This document shows positions 48,028-58,866 of a stretch of DNA of 64,000 bases, piece by piece. Position 1 is the first letter of the stretch. Each line of letters starts with the position of its first letter. Source of the DNA: a virus. The stretch is from positions 29,965-93,964 of the IMG/VR virus record IMGVR_UViG_3300029429_000001, one strand, 5' to 3'. The notes under the pieces are model-generated. The model was not told the origin of the DNA. It saw nothing but the letters and a program-made list of their open reading frames with translations, and made no database searches. The position numbers were made by a program, and so were the translations under genes.

Positions 48028-48210
48028 TTAACTCCAGTACTGCACGCTTGCCTTCTTCTCGCCCACTATCGCGACGTTATCCAACCCCCCTGCTCCCATT
48101 ATCTGGGTAGGGCTAACAGCAGCAAACTGAAAGGCGCCTCTACGAAAGGCAAGTTTTCCAACCGTCGCTTCCATCTTAACCGAGTATCCCAAGGATGTAG
48201 GTGTATACAT
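48028..48210 (-). CDS. small tail-associated hypothetical protein
   Basis: End of the tail fibre operon. Confidence 0.55.
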   Translation of the reverse strand: MYTPTSLGYSVKMEATVGKLAFRRGAFQFAAVSPTQIMGAGGLDNVAIVGEKKASVQYWS

Positions 48211-48212
48211 AA

Positions 48213-49133
48213 TCAGACCCCTTCAATGAGCACGCAATTCTTATTGTTAACGGCGGCGCTAAGGCTAAGTAATAGCAGACTCTTGCCACTAACATTAAGC
48301 ATTGCACCCATTTCCGCCGATGAAAAACCGAGTCTAGGTTGATATATATTTTTAATAGGAATATCACTTCCCATGATGGCTGCAGAAAACGTCAAAGGGT
48401 GAACGGGCATTCCGTAGCTTCCATCTTCTAATTCCACTGGAAAGGAAGTGGAGGTGCCAGTTTGCGTCGTGGTGGCAGCCATACCTGCACACAGGTGAGA
48501 TACTCCGGTCAATTTAGTAGTCACTAAGACACTACCATTACTACCGGTATTGCTTTCGACATGGTTAGGGTTGACATAAGAAGCAGTCATTTCTAACGCC
48601 CAAAGCATATCTGCAGCGTTATCGTATTTATGGACTGTCGAGTTTTCTACTTCATGTAACTCTGTAATCACGGTTGATTCATATCCATCCGACCTGGTAA
48701 CGAAGGCCAAAGTGTCGGTTACACCTATATAAAATACTGAACCTGCCTCGTCGAACTCTAGGTTAGCAAAGTTAGAAGTGCTGGTGGATGTATGGCCATA
48801 GGCCGGGTCAACGAATGCACCCTCAACATAATCACGGCAAACTGATAGTCGAAGAAGACCAGCATCGGTGCCGATCAAACTTATCATTGTTTTATGTCCA
48901 GGGAACTCACTATGATCTCTGGAGACAACCGCGTCCGTCCCGTCATTAACCACCATAGTAAACTCTCTACCTGGCGTTATAGGTAAGCTTCCGTCCATCA
49001 CCTGACAGTTACCTGCCTGTAGGTTGGCTGACAAGTTAGCGGGATCTGTTTCACCGCAAAGTATCTTTGCAACGTCACTTTTTACGTCGGCTGCAGTGTG
49101 ACCTAAGGCCGCTATTGTATATCTAAAAAGCAT
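48213..49133 (-). CDS. beta-rich virion/tail-associated protein
   Basis: Follows the fibre gene; S/T/G-rich. Confidence 0.6.
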   Translation of the reverse strand: MLFRYTIAALGHTAADVKSDVAKILCGETDPANLSANLQAGNCQVMDGSLPITPGREFTMVVNDGTDAVVSRDHSEFPGHKTMISLIGTDAGLLRLSVCRDYVEGAFVDPAYGHTSTSTSNFANLEFDEAGSVFYIGVTDTLAFVTRSDGYESTVITELHEVENSTVHKYDNAADMLWALEMTASYVNPNHVESNTGSNGSVLVTTKLTGVSHLCAGMAATTTQTGTSTSFPVELEDGSYGMPVHPLTFSAAIMGSDIPIKNIYQPRLGFSSAEMGAMLNVSGKSLLLLSLSAAVNNKNCVLIEGV

Positions 49134-49156
49134 AATTCATTTTCTCTTTTAATTAG

Positions 49157-52100
49157 TTACGAGGTGGCGTAAGTGAAGAATTTAATGTTTAAGTCGCTGC
49201 CGGGATTGGTGGTGCCTACCCGCGTGATATTTACAGATACAACATCGGTTACAAGCAATGACAAGCCCAGCTTATTTATCTCTACTGAGCTTTGACCTGG
49301 TGACAAAGCCAAAGTGTGACTGAGCAAACCGTTAACCATTATGTTCATTAGCAAACTATCTCCCACTGGTGGAGTGTTTACATGAGCGGTTGCCTTAAAC
49401 ACTTCTATGGAGCTGTCAGGGCTCCACATAGCGGTACCTACTGACACGCTTAGCGCCCCAGTGTGGTGAAATTCCGTCACCTTAACAGTGTCTAGCGATA
49501 CTGCCGGGACCTCTACCTTGCTTATATTTCCAGGATAGGAACCGGCTACTATTTCCGCCCCAGTATTAATCTCATCGTCGCTTAGAATTTCACCGACAAT
49601 AAAGGTTTCACCAGTCGCCAATTGCAGCGTACTACCCACCACGCCAAGGCTACCAATGCCTGGTGCTGCCACTGTTGCAATGCCAGGCACTACCTCAGTC
49701 GTTAATGGGTATTCAGAGCGGATAGAATTACCCACAACATGTAGCACGTTATTAGCAATAACCGCTCCAAGTGTGCTGCCATTTTGCATGGTGGTAGCAA
49801 ACTGAGCTATGTAGTCCAGGTCCTTATTGAACTGGAACCATTCACCGCCCTCGAATGCCCAGAAACTATTACCGTCCCATACTATTTTGCTCGGGTAGGT
49901 CATTCCTGCCGGGGCGACCTCCTTAACAAGTAGGCCTGTCGTAGAATCTATCTTCTTAATTTTTCCATCGGCATCGGTACAGATGTAAATGTAGTCATCC
50001 ACAACAACAAGACCACCACCACTACTACCCGTCAGTATGCTTGCATCACTAGTGATTACAGTCATACCACTTAAGTCAGGATTGAATGAGATCAACTGAT
50101 CAGAACTTGATCCGAAAGAAACAAACCTGCCGTTGCTTAATTTACCTAGCCCGTACAAGTTATCATCAAGTGACGCTGTTGAAGCAGATCGCTCCAGTAC
50201 ATTCCATGAAGAATCCAACTTAAAGATCTGATCAGCGACTGTATTTGTAAGCCAATAAAACTCCCCATCCCAGAATATACCACCTGTATTTAGGGATTCA
50301 GTCGTAGCTACAGGTCCCGGAGTCGTTCCAATTCCTGTAACTATTGTCTGGCTGTCAACGACAGCAGGACCAGGAATAGCGGCCTTAGCGAATAAAGAAG
50401 TATCTATCGCCTCTCCTGAGCCATACACACGCTCTATATTTCCGCTCACACTTTCTGTGGCCAAAACCTCAAGCGTCGATACCGTATTAGCATCAAGTAT
50501 GGAATCCACCAGCAGCTCTTTGCCATCACCCAGTTTTATGGTTTTACCTGGAGCGGTGAAGCTTCCGAGACCGGAATTTTCTACCGTGTATATACCTGGC
50601 ACGCTGGTGTATCCAGATGGCGCTACTTTTTGTATTTCAGTTTTGGTGCCGAAGTAATAATCACTTTCAACCTTAATAGCTATCCCTGAAAAAGAAGGGA
50701 TATTACTACCTACTGAGAATATTTGGCCGCCGTCTAAATCTACCTGAATAACGGTAGAGGTATTAATTGGCACGATAAGCAAATAGTGACCATCAAAAGT
50801 TACTGCAGCTATATCATTAGCTGTGGCTGAACTTACATTCGTTGTTTTAACTTTAGCCGCCGAAGCTAAATCAATTGTATGAATGTCCGAACCTACTGCC
50901 ACATACAAGTGAGAGTTAACTACTCCCATACAATCTATACCAGTAAGAACTGAAGACTCAGAGTACAGCGTATTAACAAAATCACCCGCATGAGAAACGG
51001 AAATTATTGTATTGGTAGACGCTCTATAAAATATGAAGTTACCGTCATAATACCCAAGCCCTATAAGTAAATTACTCTCTGATACAGTAAGAACGGAAAC
51101 CACTACACCTGTAGCCACCCAAGACGCATCAAACTGCACTATTTCCATATTTGTTGTGTTGTATACCCAAAAATCAGACCCGTCCCAACAACCACCTGAT
51201 ACGTTGCCAGATCCAGTAGTCATCGCTATCGAAGAACCGGAAGATGCCAATCCAGCTGGCACAGCCAATGGGGCAGTAAGAGCAGGTCCAGCCGACATGG
51301 CGAGAAGAGACGTGTCTACCGCCTCTCCTGAGCCGCCTAATTCAACTAGCTTGTGTGACTTGGTAGCTTCATCCCAAACATAGGTATAACCGTCCTCAGC
51401 AGCCGTAGGCACTGGCAGGCCGCCAACATCAGAAAGCTGGCGGATAGCCGGGTTGTTTACTCGTGCAATCGCACCGGCAATAGCCCCTGTAGTCAAAGCA
51501 TCCGAAGTAATAACTTCCCCGCTCGAGACAAGCTCAGAAATTACAAACTCTTCACCGTTACCCAAAAGCACCTTGTCATTTACAGAAAAAATATCTGCCA
51601 GGCCAGGTGCCTTAATGGTCCAAGATCCACCAACAGCAACATAGGTCGCATCCAGCCTATAAATGTTGGTGGCAGAGTTATACGAAAAGGGCGTTTCCCA
51701 GAAAGAGGAGCCGTCCCAAATACGGGTATTAACCGCACGCATACCCGACAGCGTTTCTATAAAATTAAAATCTGCGTCATAACGATGAGTGCTGGTGGAG
51801 CCAGATACCCAGATGTTAGTGCCATCCCAGGTAATAGAATCGGGACTGGTACCAGTTTGATCAGCGATACTAAACGAGTCTATAAACGTGCCGTCTATAT
51901 GAATGCGGTGAACTTCTCCTGTGTGCCGTATGGTGTGTACAACATCATTAGAAACGGCTATCCCGTATACCGCACCAAGGCCATCTATCAGTTGTGATAA
52001 CTGGATATCAGAGACGGCCCCTGTTTGGCTATCAACTATAAACGAGGAAAGTTTGTTACTCTTAGTTGCGTAAAATCTGCCCTCATGCCATGTAAGGCAT

Positions 52101-55100
52101 CTGTCATCGACTGCGGTATAGGCGTCGCCAGCAGACACGGTAACGCCCGTCTCATTCCACTGCGCGTCAAACTGGGTTAGATGGTGATCAGACCAATCGT
52201 GTAGCCAAAAGTGCTCGCCATCCCAACAACCACCCCAAGCATCCCCGTAAGCGCCGGAACCTTGAGGGGCCACAATGGTATCGTTCTTAACCAGACCATC
52301 GACTTGGGCTGTGCTGGTTACTTCAGCCGGACCCGCAACTGCGCCAGCCTTAAAAAGAGCAGTGTCTACTGGGGCGGCTAATTCGACTAGCTTGTGTGAC
52401 TTGGTAGCTTCATCCCAAACATAGGCATAGCCATCCTCAGCAGCCGTAGGCACTGGCATGCCGGCAACATCAGATAACTTACGGATAACCGGGTTTCTAG
52501 AAAACTTTATATCGCCATTAACGGTGCCAGTACTAAGCAGGTCATTGGTCAGAACCTTATCGCTACCCACAACCTCAGCTACATAGAAACTTTCACCATT
52601 AGCCAGGATGACGTTAGTAGAAATATCGGAACGCTCGCCTATTCCCGGAGCTTCTACTGTCCAGCTACCGCCAATATCCGAATAGATTGCCGGGGCCTTA
52701 AATATGCTGGTAGCGCTTTTTCCGAGCATCCAAAAGTCAGAATCATCGAAACAAAAACCGGTCATTTTTGCCATGCCACCCGGAACAGTTTCAATAAAAT
52801 TAAAGTCACTGTCATAGCGACCAATAGTAGTATTAAAATCCCCTCCTGCTAACCAGAAACTATAACCATCCCACGCGATACCATAAGGGTAGTTACCAGT
52901 CACAGCACTAACGTCATACGTTTCAATTAAAGCGCCATCTAACGTGTAACGATGTGCGGTTTTACTGTACGCGGTTACGATTATGCAGTTAGAGCCAACT
53001 GAGATACCGTAGGCGCTACTTATCGCCAGGTCTCCAATAACGGTAGCGTTTACCATTGCGTTATCGCCATCTAACTCAAAAGTAGCCAGGCCGGCGCTAG
53101 ATTGGACGTAGAATTTGCCGGCACTAAAATCAATACCTCTGCCATCGGCAATGCTACTAATATCGACTGAAACCCCTGTAGGAACCCAATCAGCATCATA
53201 CTGATACATGGTTTTAGGGGTCCATGGGATCATCCAAAAATGCGTGCCATCCCAACATATACCCCAGCAATTGTCTCTGCCTGTCAGTGTCGCGAAAGCG
53301 GAAGCCTCCTTAGTAAGCCCTGTTATCTCTGCAGTGGTAGAAACTATCGCAGGACCAGCGATAGCCGATTTAGCGAATCTAGAAACATCTACCGGGGCGG
53401 CTAATTCAACTAACTTATGAGACTGCGAATCCTCATCCCAAACATAACCATAACCATCCTCAGCAGCCGTAGGCACTGGCATGCCGGCAACATCAGAAAG
53501 CTTACGAATAATTGGATCGGCTTCTAAGGTAATATCACCCAACACCTCCCCAAGGGTTAGCACATCGGTAGTGGAAACCTGGCCGGTACCCTTCCCCTCT
53601 ATGGCAAACGTCTCACCATTCGCTAGCTGGATAATGGAACCCACCCCACCAAAGCTATCTATGCCCTCAGCTTTAACGACATACTGCCCAGCAATCTCAG
53701 TAAAGGAAGGCGCTAGCTGTGTATTTGTGCCGACATCAACATGCCATAGGTATTCTCCGTCAAAGACTAATGAGTCTGAAAGCCGGTGAGCCGAATTAGA
53801 AACACTCTTAACGAAATTAAAATCTGCATCCCAGAAGTAAAGGGAATCACTGGTCGTACCGCATAATACAAAGTGAGTACCTGTCCAGAAAATACGCTTG
53901 TTATGGTAGTACGGAGTAGACGTGTCTACGGTCCGTATGAGCGTACCGTCCATATCATGAATTCTAGTTATAGGACCATCAACCGCGTACAGCAAGCCAT
54001 TGACCACTTCAATGTCCTCTGGCGATCCGTCAGTGGCAAACACATCTACGGTAACTGTATCGGCGGCTGTAAATCTGCGTAATGAATTTGAGACACCGGT
54101 AAAGCCAATAAAAAAGGAACCGGTCCACGCTATTGAACTTATTCCGTATAAGGCAGTGCCACCCCCCACATCTATTTCTACACCCGTCTCAACCCAGTCC
54201 TTGTCAAACTGCACTATAAGGTTAACTGTTTGATCTATGACCCAAAAATGCGTGCCATCCCAAGTAGCGCCATAGGGATTGCCGAGGCCGTGCGAGACAG
54301 TTAGGCCGCTAGCAGAAAAGTTTGAAATTTCCTTGCCTAATTCCACCTCTGCCGGTCCAGGCAGCGCAGCTTTCACAAAACCATCAAGAAGACTAAGATC
54401 GGAAATATCAGAAAGCTGGCGGATAATTGGATCGTTTTTCTTTTCCAAATCCCCCGCTATAGATCCAAGTGTTACCACGTCTTTAGTGATTACTTGCCCG
54501 GAGCCTAAAATGGAATCGACAATAAAAGATTCGCCGTTACCCAGCTTAACTTCAGAATAAACCCCAGCTAAATCACCTATACCAGGCGCAGCCACAATGG
54601 TTACTCCTGCTACCGGAGAGAATGTAGCGGTAATATCGACCAGATACCGATCGCTTCTGATCGCTAAGAGCTTCGAGCCTGTCCACGTCAAGCCTGCCAT
54701 GCCGGTCGGGTTTGTAGTTGACGTTGAAGCAATCAGATTAAGATCTGCATCAAGTCTTTTCCATGATCGAGCGGTCCAATTCTCGTCGTCTGTAACCCAC
54801 CAGCTATTACCAGTCCACGCCATCGCTATTGGAGAGTTCGGAATTCCTGGTTGTACAGCCGTGATTAATTCACCGCTCATGTTAAATTTCTTAACCCAAG
54901 CCTGATAGTGAACGGTATATATAAACCCATTGCGAACAGTAAGGCCGTAGGTGTAGGCCAGATTAGTAGGTCCCACGATAGTTACCTTATTACTAAGGTC
55001 TTTATCCGTGGAGTAAATGCTTCCCGAGCTGCTAGTATCGTAGAAGTAAAATTTACCATCCGTTAAGGCGGCGCGATCTATGGATGAGCCAAACCCAGCA

Positions 55101-56719
55101 AGAGATAACGGCTCACCAATCAGATTTTGATCTGTATCATAATGCGCTAAAACATTATTGCTTGTGTCTAACGTCCAGTAGGTTAAGTCACTGTCATCCC
55201 ACATTATCGAGGCATTACCCTGTGTGAGTTTTGTGAATAACGGGCCCGTTGTTATACCAGTAACCTCAACCTGCAAAGCTACCTCGGCAGGACCAGGTAC
55301 AGCAGACTTAGCGAATTTAGAAGTGTCTACCGGGGCAACTAACAAGTGTGACTGGGTAGCGTCATCCCAAACATAAGAATAACCATCCTCGGCAGGCGTA
55401 GGTATTGGCATGCCACCAACATCAGAAAGCTGGCGGATAATTGGGTTGGCTTCCAGGGTAATGTCACCCAGGACCTCGCCAAGGGTTAGCACGTCGGTAG
55501 TGGAAACCTGGCCGGCACTTTGTCCCTCTACGAGAAAAGATTCGCCGTTCGCCAATAGTATCGAAGAGTCCACCACGCCTAAGGTATCTATGCCTTCGGC
55601 CTTAACGACATATTCGCCTGGCACACCATCATAGGTAAGAGGTAGCCGTTTCGCTTCAGTGTCGGTTACATGCCATAAATCCACCCCATCAAACACCAGG
55701 CTATCATTTGACTTATGTATATCTGTATCAAAAGATTTAACATAGTTGAAATCAGCATCATAGAACCACACGCGACCAACATTGCTACCCGTCGCGACAA
55801 AATGAGTCCCTGTCCAGGTTAGGCTATCCATATATAGGTACTGGCCAGATAAATCCACGTCACGAACGGGAGTACCATCAAGTGTATGAATTCTAACTAA
55901 GTCCGAGGTTAGCGAGTACAGATGCCCGCTCACGACTGCATGATCTTTAGGTCCTAAACCCCCACTAAACACTATGGTACTGGTGCTTGTATCATTAACA
56001 TCAAAGGACACTACATCAGAGTATGAGCCCTTATAACCAATGAAACTGGAACCCGTCCACACGATTGTAGAAAGTGAATGGAGATCTGAACCCCCACTGC
56101 TTATGTCCGCAGTAAACCCTGTAGCCACCCAATTAGAATCGAATTGAATAATGGTATTGCTAGTAGCATCAATTACCCAGAAGTGAGTCCCATCCCAAGC
56201 TGAACCATAGTTATTGTGCGTACCTAGCGCTACAACCTCTCCGGAGTCAGTGAAGCCAGAAATTACCTTGCCTAATTCCACGGTTGCCGGGCCTTTAATG
56301 GTAACAGCAGCTCCACCCGAACCCGCCTCGGGCATGATGAAATCACTCCAAACAACCACGCCATTTGTCACCAGGCCGGTACGGCTTGCAATGATGGTAT
56401 TTTGCGCTTTGCCATCTTCAATATTCGTCTCGGCAAAGAAGGATTGCGCAACATTTCCGCCCTTCATTTTACGAACGATCGCCACGCCGTTAAGGCCTTC
56501 AAGCTCTTCAGGCTTGACGCTTTCGGCGGGTAATTCTGAGCTGGAATAACCCGTTACCATGACCGTCGCGTCATCGATAATTTTGTGTAGGCCATTGCCC
56601 TGGACAATATCGCGACGCGATACCACCTTAGGCGTTAATGGTGGCGCTGGAATAAGAATTTCAGGGGTAAATGAAAACGTATCTTTACCGGTATTAATTC
56701 TGTTGTTAACTACAGTCAT
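49157..56719 (-). CDS. giant modular tail fibre/adhesin with seven beta-propeller-like modules
   Basis: Repeated WDG..FW blades; recurring linker PIIRQLSDV.GMP.PTAAEDGY.YVWDE...GPA. Confidence 0.8.
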   Translation of the reverse strand: MTVVNNRINTGKDTFSFTPEILIPAPPLTPKVVSRRDIVQGNGLHKIIDDATVMVTGYSSSELPAESVKPEELEGLNGVAIVRKMKGGNVAQSFFAETNIEDGKAQNTIIASRTGLVTNGVVVWSDFIMPEAGSGGAAVTIKGPATVELGKVISGFTDSGEVVALGTHNNYGSAWDGTHFWVIDATSNTIIQFDSNWVATGFTADISSGGSDLHSLSTIVWTGSSFIGYKGSYSDVVSFDVNDTSTSTIVFSGGLGPKDHAVVSGHLYSLTSDLVRIHTLDGTPVRDVDLSGQYLYMDSLTWTGTHFVATGSNVGRVWFYDADFNYVKSFDTDIHKSNDSLVFDGVDLWHVTDTEAKRLPLTYDGVPGEYVVKAEGIDTLGVVDSSILLANGESFLVEGQSAGQVSTTDVLTLGEVLGDITLEANPIIRQLSDVGGMPIPTPAEDGYSYVWDDATQSHLLVAPVDTSKFAKSAVPGPAEVALQVEVTGITTGPLFTKLTQGNASIMWDDSDLTYWTLDTSNNVLAHYDTDQNLIGEPLSLAGFGSSIDRAALTDGKFYFYDTSSSGSIYSTDKDLSNKVTIVGPTNLAYTYGLTVRNGFIYTVHYQAWVKKFNMSGELITAVQPGIPNSPIAMAWTGNSWWVTDDENWTARSWKRLDADLNLIASTSTTNPTGMAGLTWTGSKLLAIRSDRYLVDITATFSPVAGVTIVAAPGIGDLAGVYSEVKLGNGESFIVDSILGSGQVITKDVVTLGSIAGDLEKKNDPIIRQLSDISDLSLLDGFVKAALPGPAEVELGKEISNFSASGLTVSHGLGNPYGATWDGTHFWVIDQTVNLIVQFDKDWVETGVEIDVGGGTALYGISSIAWTGSFFIGFTGVSNSLRRFTAADTVTVDVFATDGSPEDIEVVNGLLYAVDGPITRIHDMDGTLIRTVDTSTPYYHNKRIFWTGTHFVLCGTTSDSLYFWDADFNFVKSVSNSAHRLSDSLVFDGEYLWHVDVGTNTQLAPSFTEIAGQYVVKAEGIDSFGGVGSIIQLANGETFAIEGKGTGQVSTTDVLTLGEVLGDITLEADPIIRKLSDVAGMPVPTAAEDGYGYVWDEDSQSHKLVELAAPVDVSRFAKSAIAGPAIVSTTAEITGLTKEASAFATLTGRDNCWGICWDGTHFWMIPWTPKTMYQYDADWVPTGVSVDISSIADGRGIDFSAGKFYVQSSAGLATFELDGDNAMVNATVIGDLAISSAYGISVGSNCIIVTAYSKTAHRYTLDGALIETYDVSAVTGNYPYGIAWDGYSFWLAGGDFNTTIGRYDSDFNFIETVPGGMAKMTGFCFDDSDFWMLGKSATSIFKAPAIYSDIGGSWTVEAPGIGERSDISTNVILANGESFYVAEVVGSDKVLTNDLLSTGTVNGDIKFSRNPVIRKLSDVAGMPVPTAAEDGYAYVWDEATKSHKLVELAAPVDTALFKAGAVAGPAEVTSTAQVDGLVKNDTIVAPQGSGAYGDAWGGCWDGEHFWLHDWSDHHLTQFDAQWNETGVTVSAGDAYTAVDDRCLTWHEGRFYATKSNKLSSFIVDSQTGAVSDIQLSQLIDGLGAVYGIAVSNDVVHTIRHTGEVHRIHIDGTFIDSFSIADQTGTSPDSITWDGTNIWVSGSTSTHRYDADFNFIETLSGMRAVNTRIWDGSSFWETPFSYNSATNIYRLDATYVAVGGSWTIKAPGLADIFSVNDKVLLGNGEEFVISELVSSGEVITSDALTTGAIAGAIARVNNPAIRQLSDVGGLPVPTAAEDGYTYVWDEATKSHKLVELGGSGEAVDTSLLAMSAGPALTAPLAVPAGLASSGSSIAMTTGSGNVSGGCWDGSDFWVYNTTNMEIVQFDASWVATGVVVSVLTVSESNLLIGLGYYDGNFIFYRASTNTIISVSHAGDFVNTLYSESSVLTGIDCMGVVNSHLYVAVGSDIHTIDLASAAKVKTTNVSSATANDIAAVTFDGHYLLIVPINTSTVIQVDLDGGQIFSVGSNIPSFSGIAIKVESDYYFGTKTEIQKVAPSGYTSVPGIYTVENSGLGSFTAPGKTIKLGDGKELLVDSILDANTVSTLEVLATESVSGNIERVYGSGEAIDTSLFAKAAIPGPAVVDSQTIVTGIGTTPGPVATTESLNTGGIFWDGEFYWLTNTVADQIFKLDSSWNVLERSASTASLDDNLYGLGKLSNGRFVSFGSSSDQLISFNPDLSGMTVITSDASILTGSSGGGLVVVDDYIYICTDADGKIKKIDSTTGLLVKEVAPAGMTYPSKIVWDGNSFWAFEGGEWFQFNKDLDYIAQFATTMQNGSTLGAVIANNVLHVVGNSIRSEYPLTTEVVPGIATVAAPGIGSLGVVGSTLQLATGETFIVGEILSDDEINTGAEIVAGSYPGNISKVEVPAVSLDTVKVTEFHHTGALSVSVGTAMWSPDSSIEVFKATAHVNTPPVGDSLLMNIMVNGLLSHTLALSPGQSSVEINKLGLSLLVTDVVSVNITRVGTTNPGSDLNIKFFTYATS

Positions 56720-56733
56720 GCTTATTTATCCGC

Positions 56734-58860
56734 CTAAACTTCGTCATTCGACATTAAAATTTTCAACTTGGCCGTGCGCTCAATAACAGCACCAGGTAAT
56801 GCCAGGGTCCGTTGCTCATAGCGACCATCAGAGCGCAATACTGTCAGCTCGATTTCAGAGTCGCTTTTCCACTTCAACGCGAGAATGATGGATTCTGCAT
56901 CATTCAGGTCCATCCAAAGTTGACCGTCGAATGTGTTCTCTGCGATATAGGGAGTGGAAGCCAGGCTAAGTTTGTTTACAGGGGTATCCACTGGACCGGA
57001 GTGTGTGGTGCGTACTTCCAGGCTGCCGATCTCATCACCGATGGCCACGCCATCAAAAGTCAGCTGGTGAACCACTAAAATAGCGGTCGCACCCGTGCGT
57101 CCTGGTCTTACCTCAATGGACCAATCCCCCGGGAAATCCGATTCCATTTCCAGCTCTTGAGCGGGATTAGAATCAAGGTCCACAGAGATCGTCATACCAT
57201 CGCCATCGATCGCGCCGGCAAAAGCTGGAGCATAGACATTGGCATCCCGAAACCCTGGAGCCTCAGCATTCGCATTGGCGCCCCCGGCGATAACCTGGAT
57301 CTTGTCCAGTTCAAGCCTGAGCGTGCGCCCGGACACAAAGCCGGCCTCAGCCTTGCCCTCTTCAATGTCAGCACCAGTCACAACATAGGAAGCGCTCACA
57401 CGGTCCTGAATGGCCTTTAAAATAGTCTTGCCCGAGATAGTGCCCTGAGCACTGGAGCCGGCCGTGATATCTGCCTCGGATACCTCAGGCAAAGCTTTGC
57501 GCCACTTTGAAGAGGAGGCCATGGCAGATACATAGCCTTCATAGCCGCCAGCACCATAGGCGCCGATCAAAGCAATATCGCCGTATTGAGACAGGGATAG
57601 AGAGCAGCCGAATAGATCACCCCCGGCCGCGTCGATGGATTGGAATATATTAAGTGTGGTGTGCTCCTGGTTAGCATCGATGGCCACTACCGCGCCGGCA
57701 TTGGCTCCCGTCAAAGCGCTTTTACTGGCGCCAATCATCAGAATTTTATTGTCTCCGGACAATGCGAGCTCGGACCCCATCTGCGCATATTCACCCACGC
57801 CAGACTCTTGGATCATGGCTAGATCGGAATACAGGCCGTTAATCTGGCGCTCACCCACATAAACCGCACCAACCTCAGCTAACAGTTCGGTATCGGTATA
57901 GGCGCGCTTAGGGGCTCCCACATAAAGACGTTCGGCATCACTGGATAGCACCACGCCATCACCAAAACATTCACCGGCCACTAGGCCACCATAGGTAAAT
58001 GCTTGGGTTAGGATAAAATCGGTCCCGTTATGGGCATGAAGTTGCACGTTGCCGGCGCCAGAATTTGAACCTGGTGCACCCACGGCCAAAATAAGATCAC
58101 CTGCAGTCACACCAAGCGAAAGCGATTGCCCGAATTTATCGCCATCGGATAGGCCGGCAGGCGCTAGGGTTTGACTGGCCACATAGGTGGTGCCGTTATA
58201 TTTAAAAACCCGGATCTCGCCCTTGCTGTTATTTCGCGCCGGCACGCCCAATACTAACCAGGTGGAATCGCTGGATAATGCGATTGCCTCATAGGGGTTA
58301 TTTGGATGGGTTAAGGTTATGAGCTCGGCGCCATCTTTAAAGACAGTGACAGCCTTAGCGCCGGCCTTAGTGGCCACAACAACACTTAGATCTGCATTGG
58401 CCACCACCAGGCCGCCTAGAAGATCGTTGTTAGCGATGGTATCCGGAGTTAGGTACTTATCGAATACAAAGGTCCCGCCCTCCATTTTCATAGCCGCCAG
58501 CGCGCCCTCATTGCTGCCGGCTGAGCCAGCTTGAGGCATGCCAAAAATAGCCATGGTCCCGTCTTCAGAAATTACACAGCTGCGCCCAAGCTTAGAGGCA
58601 GCCGAATCATCAGCTACCGTCACTCGTTGCTCGGATGCCAAAGCAGACAAGCCAACCTCGGACCCCGAATCCAGCAGAAAAACCTCATCGGTAAATGGCA
58701 GCGATCGCATCACGCCCTTAGCGTTTTCCATGCCCACTTGAGAGGTTAAAACCCGCCCCTCGTCTAGTGTCACCATCACCTCATTGGCGATGGGTTTAGC
58801 CTTGGCGATTTCCGCGTCAGACGAATCTTTTACATACCGTAAACCTAAGCCTTCACTCAT
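56734..58860 (-). CDS. tail protein with FG-GAP (integrin-like) beta-propeller
   Basis: FGQSLSL...LAVGAPG, FGDGVVLS...YVGAP and FGCSLSLS...LIGAYG repeats. Confidence 0.78.
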   Translation of the reverse strand: MSEGLGLRYVKDSSDAEIAKAKPIANEVMVTLDEGRVLTSQVGMENAKGVMRSLPFTDEVFLLDSGSEVGLSALASEQRVTVADDSAASKLGRSCVISEDGTMAIFGMPQAGSAGSNEGALAAMKMEGGTFVFDKYLTPDTIANNDLLGGLVVANADLSVVVATKAGAKAVTVFKDGAELITLTHPNNPYEAIALSSDSTWLVLGVPARNNSKGEIRVFKYNGTTYVASQTLAPAGLSDGDKFGQSLSLGVTAGDLILAVGAPGSNSGAGNVQLHAHNGTDFILTQAFTYGGLVAGECFGDGVVLSSDAERLYVGAPKRAYTDTELLAEVGAVYVGERQINGLYSDLAMIQESGVGEYAQMGSELALSGDNKILMIGASKSALTGANAGAVVAIDANQEHTTLNIFQSIDAAGGDLFGCSLSLSQYGDIALIGAYGAGGYEGYVSAMASSSKWRKALPEVSEADITAGSSAQGTISGKTILKAIQDRVSASYVVTGADIEEGKAEAGFVSGRTLRLELDKIQVIAGGANANAEAPGFRDANVYAPAFAGAIDGDGMTISVDLDSNPAQELEMESDFPGDWSIEVRPGRTGATAILVVHQLTFDGVAIGDEIGSLEVRTTHSGPVDTPVNKLSLASTPYIAENTFDGQLWMDLNDAESIILALKWKSDSEIELTVLRSDGRYEQRTLALPGAVIERTAKLKILMSNDEV

Positions 58861-58866
58861 AAAATA

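Noticed and set aside
49157-56719. Diversity-generating retroelement or invertible fibre segment
   Set aside because: No reverse transcriptase, adenine-specific TR/VR pair or invertase was seen in the window; the repeats are in-frame direct linkers.
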